NCBI GenBank assembly: GCA_965603825.1
Contig: CBFDEM010000014.1
Span: 434,001-498,000, forward strand
Reading direction: 5' to 3'
DNA from: Blepharisma stoltei ATCC 30299
Taxonomy: Eukaryota > Protista > Ciliophora
Length of the DNA: 64,000 bases
In this document: positions 61,769-64,000 of the stretch, piece after piece
Numbering within the stretch: position 1 is the first letter of the stretch
Layout of the letters: every line of letters begins with the position of its first letter
Translations under genes and position numbers: made by a program
Notes under the pieces: generated by a model
What the model was told of the DNA's origin: nothing
Databases searched by the model: none
Seen by the model: the letters and a program-made list of their open reading frames with translations, nothing else

Positions 61769-62884
61769 TTACAATTGACTATTCTTTTTTCTTTTGCATT
61801 TCATTAGCATCAAGGCAAGTCCAATAAAAGGTAAAAATAAATTCAATATGAAAAATGCCAATGCTATCAAAATAATCGAGATTGGTGTCACTAATATCGT
61901 AATTGCTACACAAATTGCACATTCTCCATATTTCTTAACCTTATCTCTCAGATGAAATTTCTTAGTTATAAATGTTGAGAACTCAATTCCACTGCTTACT
62001 CCTGCAGCGAACAAGAAAACAAGTGAAATTATAGGACTGGCCAGAACAACTGAAATATATGAGCATGATTTGCACTTTCTTGTTCTCCAGCTTCAAGCTT
62101 GATCGTCTATTCCAGCCCAATTTTCAGATATATACACAATTATTAGCCCTGTTTCAAATGGGAATAAAATTCAAGCAAACAGAAGCACAAGCAAGAATGT
62201 CCAAGATGCATTAGAATACTTTCCTCCAAGCATACATCTTAGCATGTCATGATTAATATCAATGATTTTACCACAGTTCATACAAATATTAGCTCCGCAT
62301 TTACACATAACAGATGGGCAACCCCATGCTTTTTCAATGTAAAATTTGCAGCGAGGGCATTCTTTTAAGCCATTTTCTTTGATATAAGATCTTAATTCAG
62401 GCTCCTCTGGTTGGCATGCACCTTCATGATAATCATGACTGCAATTTCCACAGTAAGTGTATCCACACACATTACATGAAATCTTGAGACCCGAATTTAT
62501 AAAGCCATATCCTTGGCAGTTTGGTTTTGGGCATCATCTCAGGTTTGGGTCTTTTTCTAATATTGCATTTCTTCTGAAAATTTTGTATTTTTCATAGAGT
62601 TTTGAGTCTACTATGTCTATAATTGACGAATCTATGTCTTTATTTTGGCAGGTATATCGCGGGCACTCAATTGGGAATACTTTGCGCTCACTAATTCTAA
62701 ACTCTACATAGCTCTTTAAACATGATGAGCAAAACCTATCATTGCATTCTTTAACTTGGATGAAGTGATTACTTGGAGTGAGTTGAGTGCAAATTTGGCA
62801 AATTTCAAGTCTTTCAGGGGTTGAAGTATCATGCTTCCGAATATAAATCATATCGAGTTCTGACATTAAAGGTTCTATACTCAT
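61769..62884 (-). CDS. RBR (RING-IBR-RING) E3 ubiquitin ligase with C-terminal transmembrane segments
   Basis: CQIC..C.DRFCSSC..CP; RW(TGA 62534)CPKPNC; ECPRCKFYIEKAWGC; further TGA=W at 62171 and 62093. Confidence 0.88.
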
Positions 62885-63195
62885 ATGTAAATTGATTCAT
62901 TAACATGGAGATTTTTTTCGATTACAAAATATAGCTTTTCTGATAAGAATAATTAAGATTTAAACAAATAAAACATTCAGTTAATAAATAATTCTATTTT
63001 GGAAACATATTAAATGCTTTTAATATTTAATCAGATAAATCAGATTTTCTCTTAATTCAACCTAATAAAACTATTGAATCGCTATACCACCAGAAAGTGA
63101 CCAGAATTTGTCCAAGTAAAAATTAAAATCTTCAGAACAAAATAACAGCCTTTAATGCTCAAATGGAATTCATTAACTATTACCAGCTAATAAAT

Positions 63196-64000
63196 ATGGA
63201 TAGACTTTCGCCTGTATGCGTGTTCTTTCTTTTTTATTTTGTTATCGCATTAATTTTCTCAAGACTTCTTAATCCGCCTCATTATCTTACGATTAAAGAG
63301 AGTAAGGATTATATTGGACAACACATTTCTATTATCCATGCCTACTGTGGCTTATTACTCGCCACAATAGTTTACTTTATTGAAGGAGGAATCAATTATA
63401 ACGCTCCCACAAATTATCTTCACATTATAGTTTTTGCAGTATTTGCTAGTTAGAATTCGCTTGGGTATTTTATTTACGATTCATTTTACGCAGAAATTTT
63501 TAAACTTCATGACTGGCCTATGAGATTCCATCATGTTGGAGCTCTTACGGCCTTGACTGGTCTGTACTTTGCGGAGTATGGAGGTTCAGCTGGAGTTTGT
63601 AATTTTTATTTAGTGGGAATCATCTTAACTGAAATTTCCAATCCTTGTATACTGAAGAGACACATCATGAAGGCAATGTGCTTAGAAGATACCCCAAGAT
63701 ATAATTTTTACGAAACAACGTTTGCAATGCTGTTTGTATTTTCCAGGGTTATAGTGGGAACATGGTATATGCTGAATGTCTGGGCTTCAGTTATTACTCC
63801 AGTATATAAACTTACTGTTTCTGCATTATTTGGGGTTTCGCTGTTTTGGGTTTTTATATTGGTTTTTATGGTTGTTAAAAAGATCGAGAAGAATGATGAC
63901 AACAGAGCTTTTTTAAAACGGATTATTTGGGGAATTAACTGGATAAAGCATAGAAAATTCGTATTGCTTTCTTCAATACTCCTAATATCTTTGGCACTTC
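63196..64000 (+). CDS. TLC-domain (TRAM/LAG1/CLN8) membrane protein, 3'-truncated by the window
   Basis: SLGYFIYD, FHH, EISNP, F.FSR motifs; intron 63439-63453 and probable intron 63599-63613. Confidence 0.85.
63439..63453 (+). other. 15-nt intron
   Basis: GTATTTGCTAGTTAG. Confidence 0.87.
63599..63613 (+). other. Probable 15-nt intron with no in-frame stop
   Basis: GTAATTTTTATTTAG matches the consensus; retention would add 5 aa without a stop. Confidence 0.65.

Overview
Eukaryotic, AT-rich, very gene-dense DNA from a heterotrich ciliate macronuclear-type genome, most consistent with Blepharisma. Two properties break the supplied ORF track into fragments. First, TGA is a sense codon (Trp): about 40 in-frame TGAs occur, many at invariant Trp positions, and every gene I could reconstruct ends in TAA or TAG. 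Second, genes contain tiny 15-16 nt GT..AG introns with a conserved branch-point A. Reassembling by hand gives about 45 protein-coding genes, including PWP1, CEPT, RPC9, CKS1, IWR1, ERG4-like, CFAP52, NBR1, RAB1, GBF1, an M1 aminopeptidase and HSP70, plus two genes absent from the ORF track (a RING protein and an INO80E-like protein) and one decayed tandem vWA duplicate. The most unusual items are a single PX-IQ-F-box-LRR-ubiquitin-like(RAWUL)-FYVE gene, a mitochondrially targeted CnoX/YbbN-like chaperedoxin, three presequence-bearing RRM proteins, a CCT-domain protein, fungal-type sterol enzymes, an HSP70 needing two -1 shifts, and divergent genes whose ATGs are 16 nt apart. I saw no rRNA, tRNA, CRISPR, telomere or recognisable transposon. 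All family assignments come from motif recognition by eye, not database searches.
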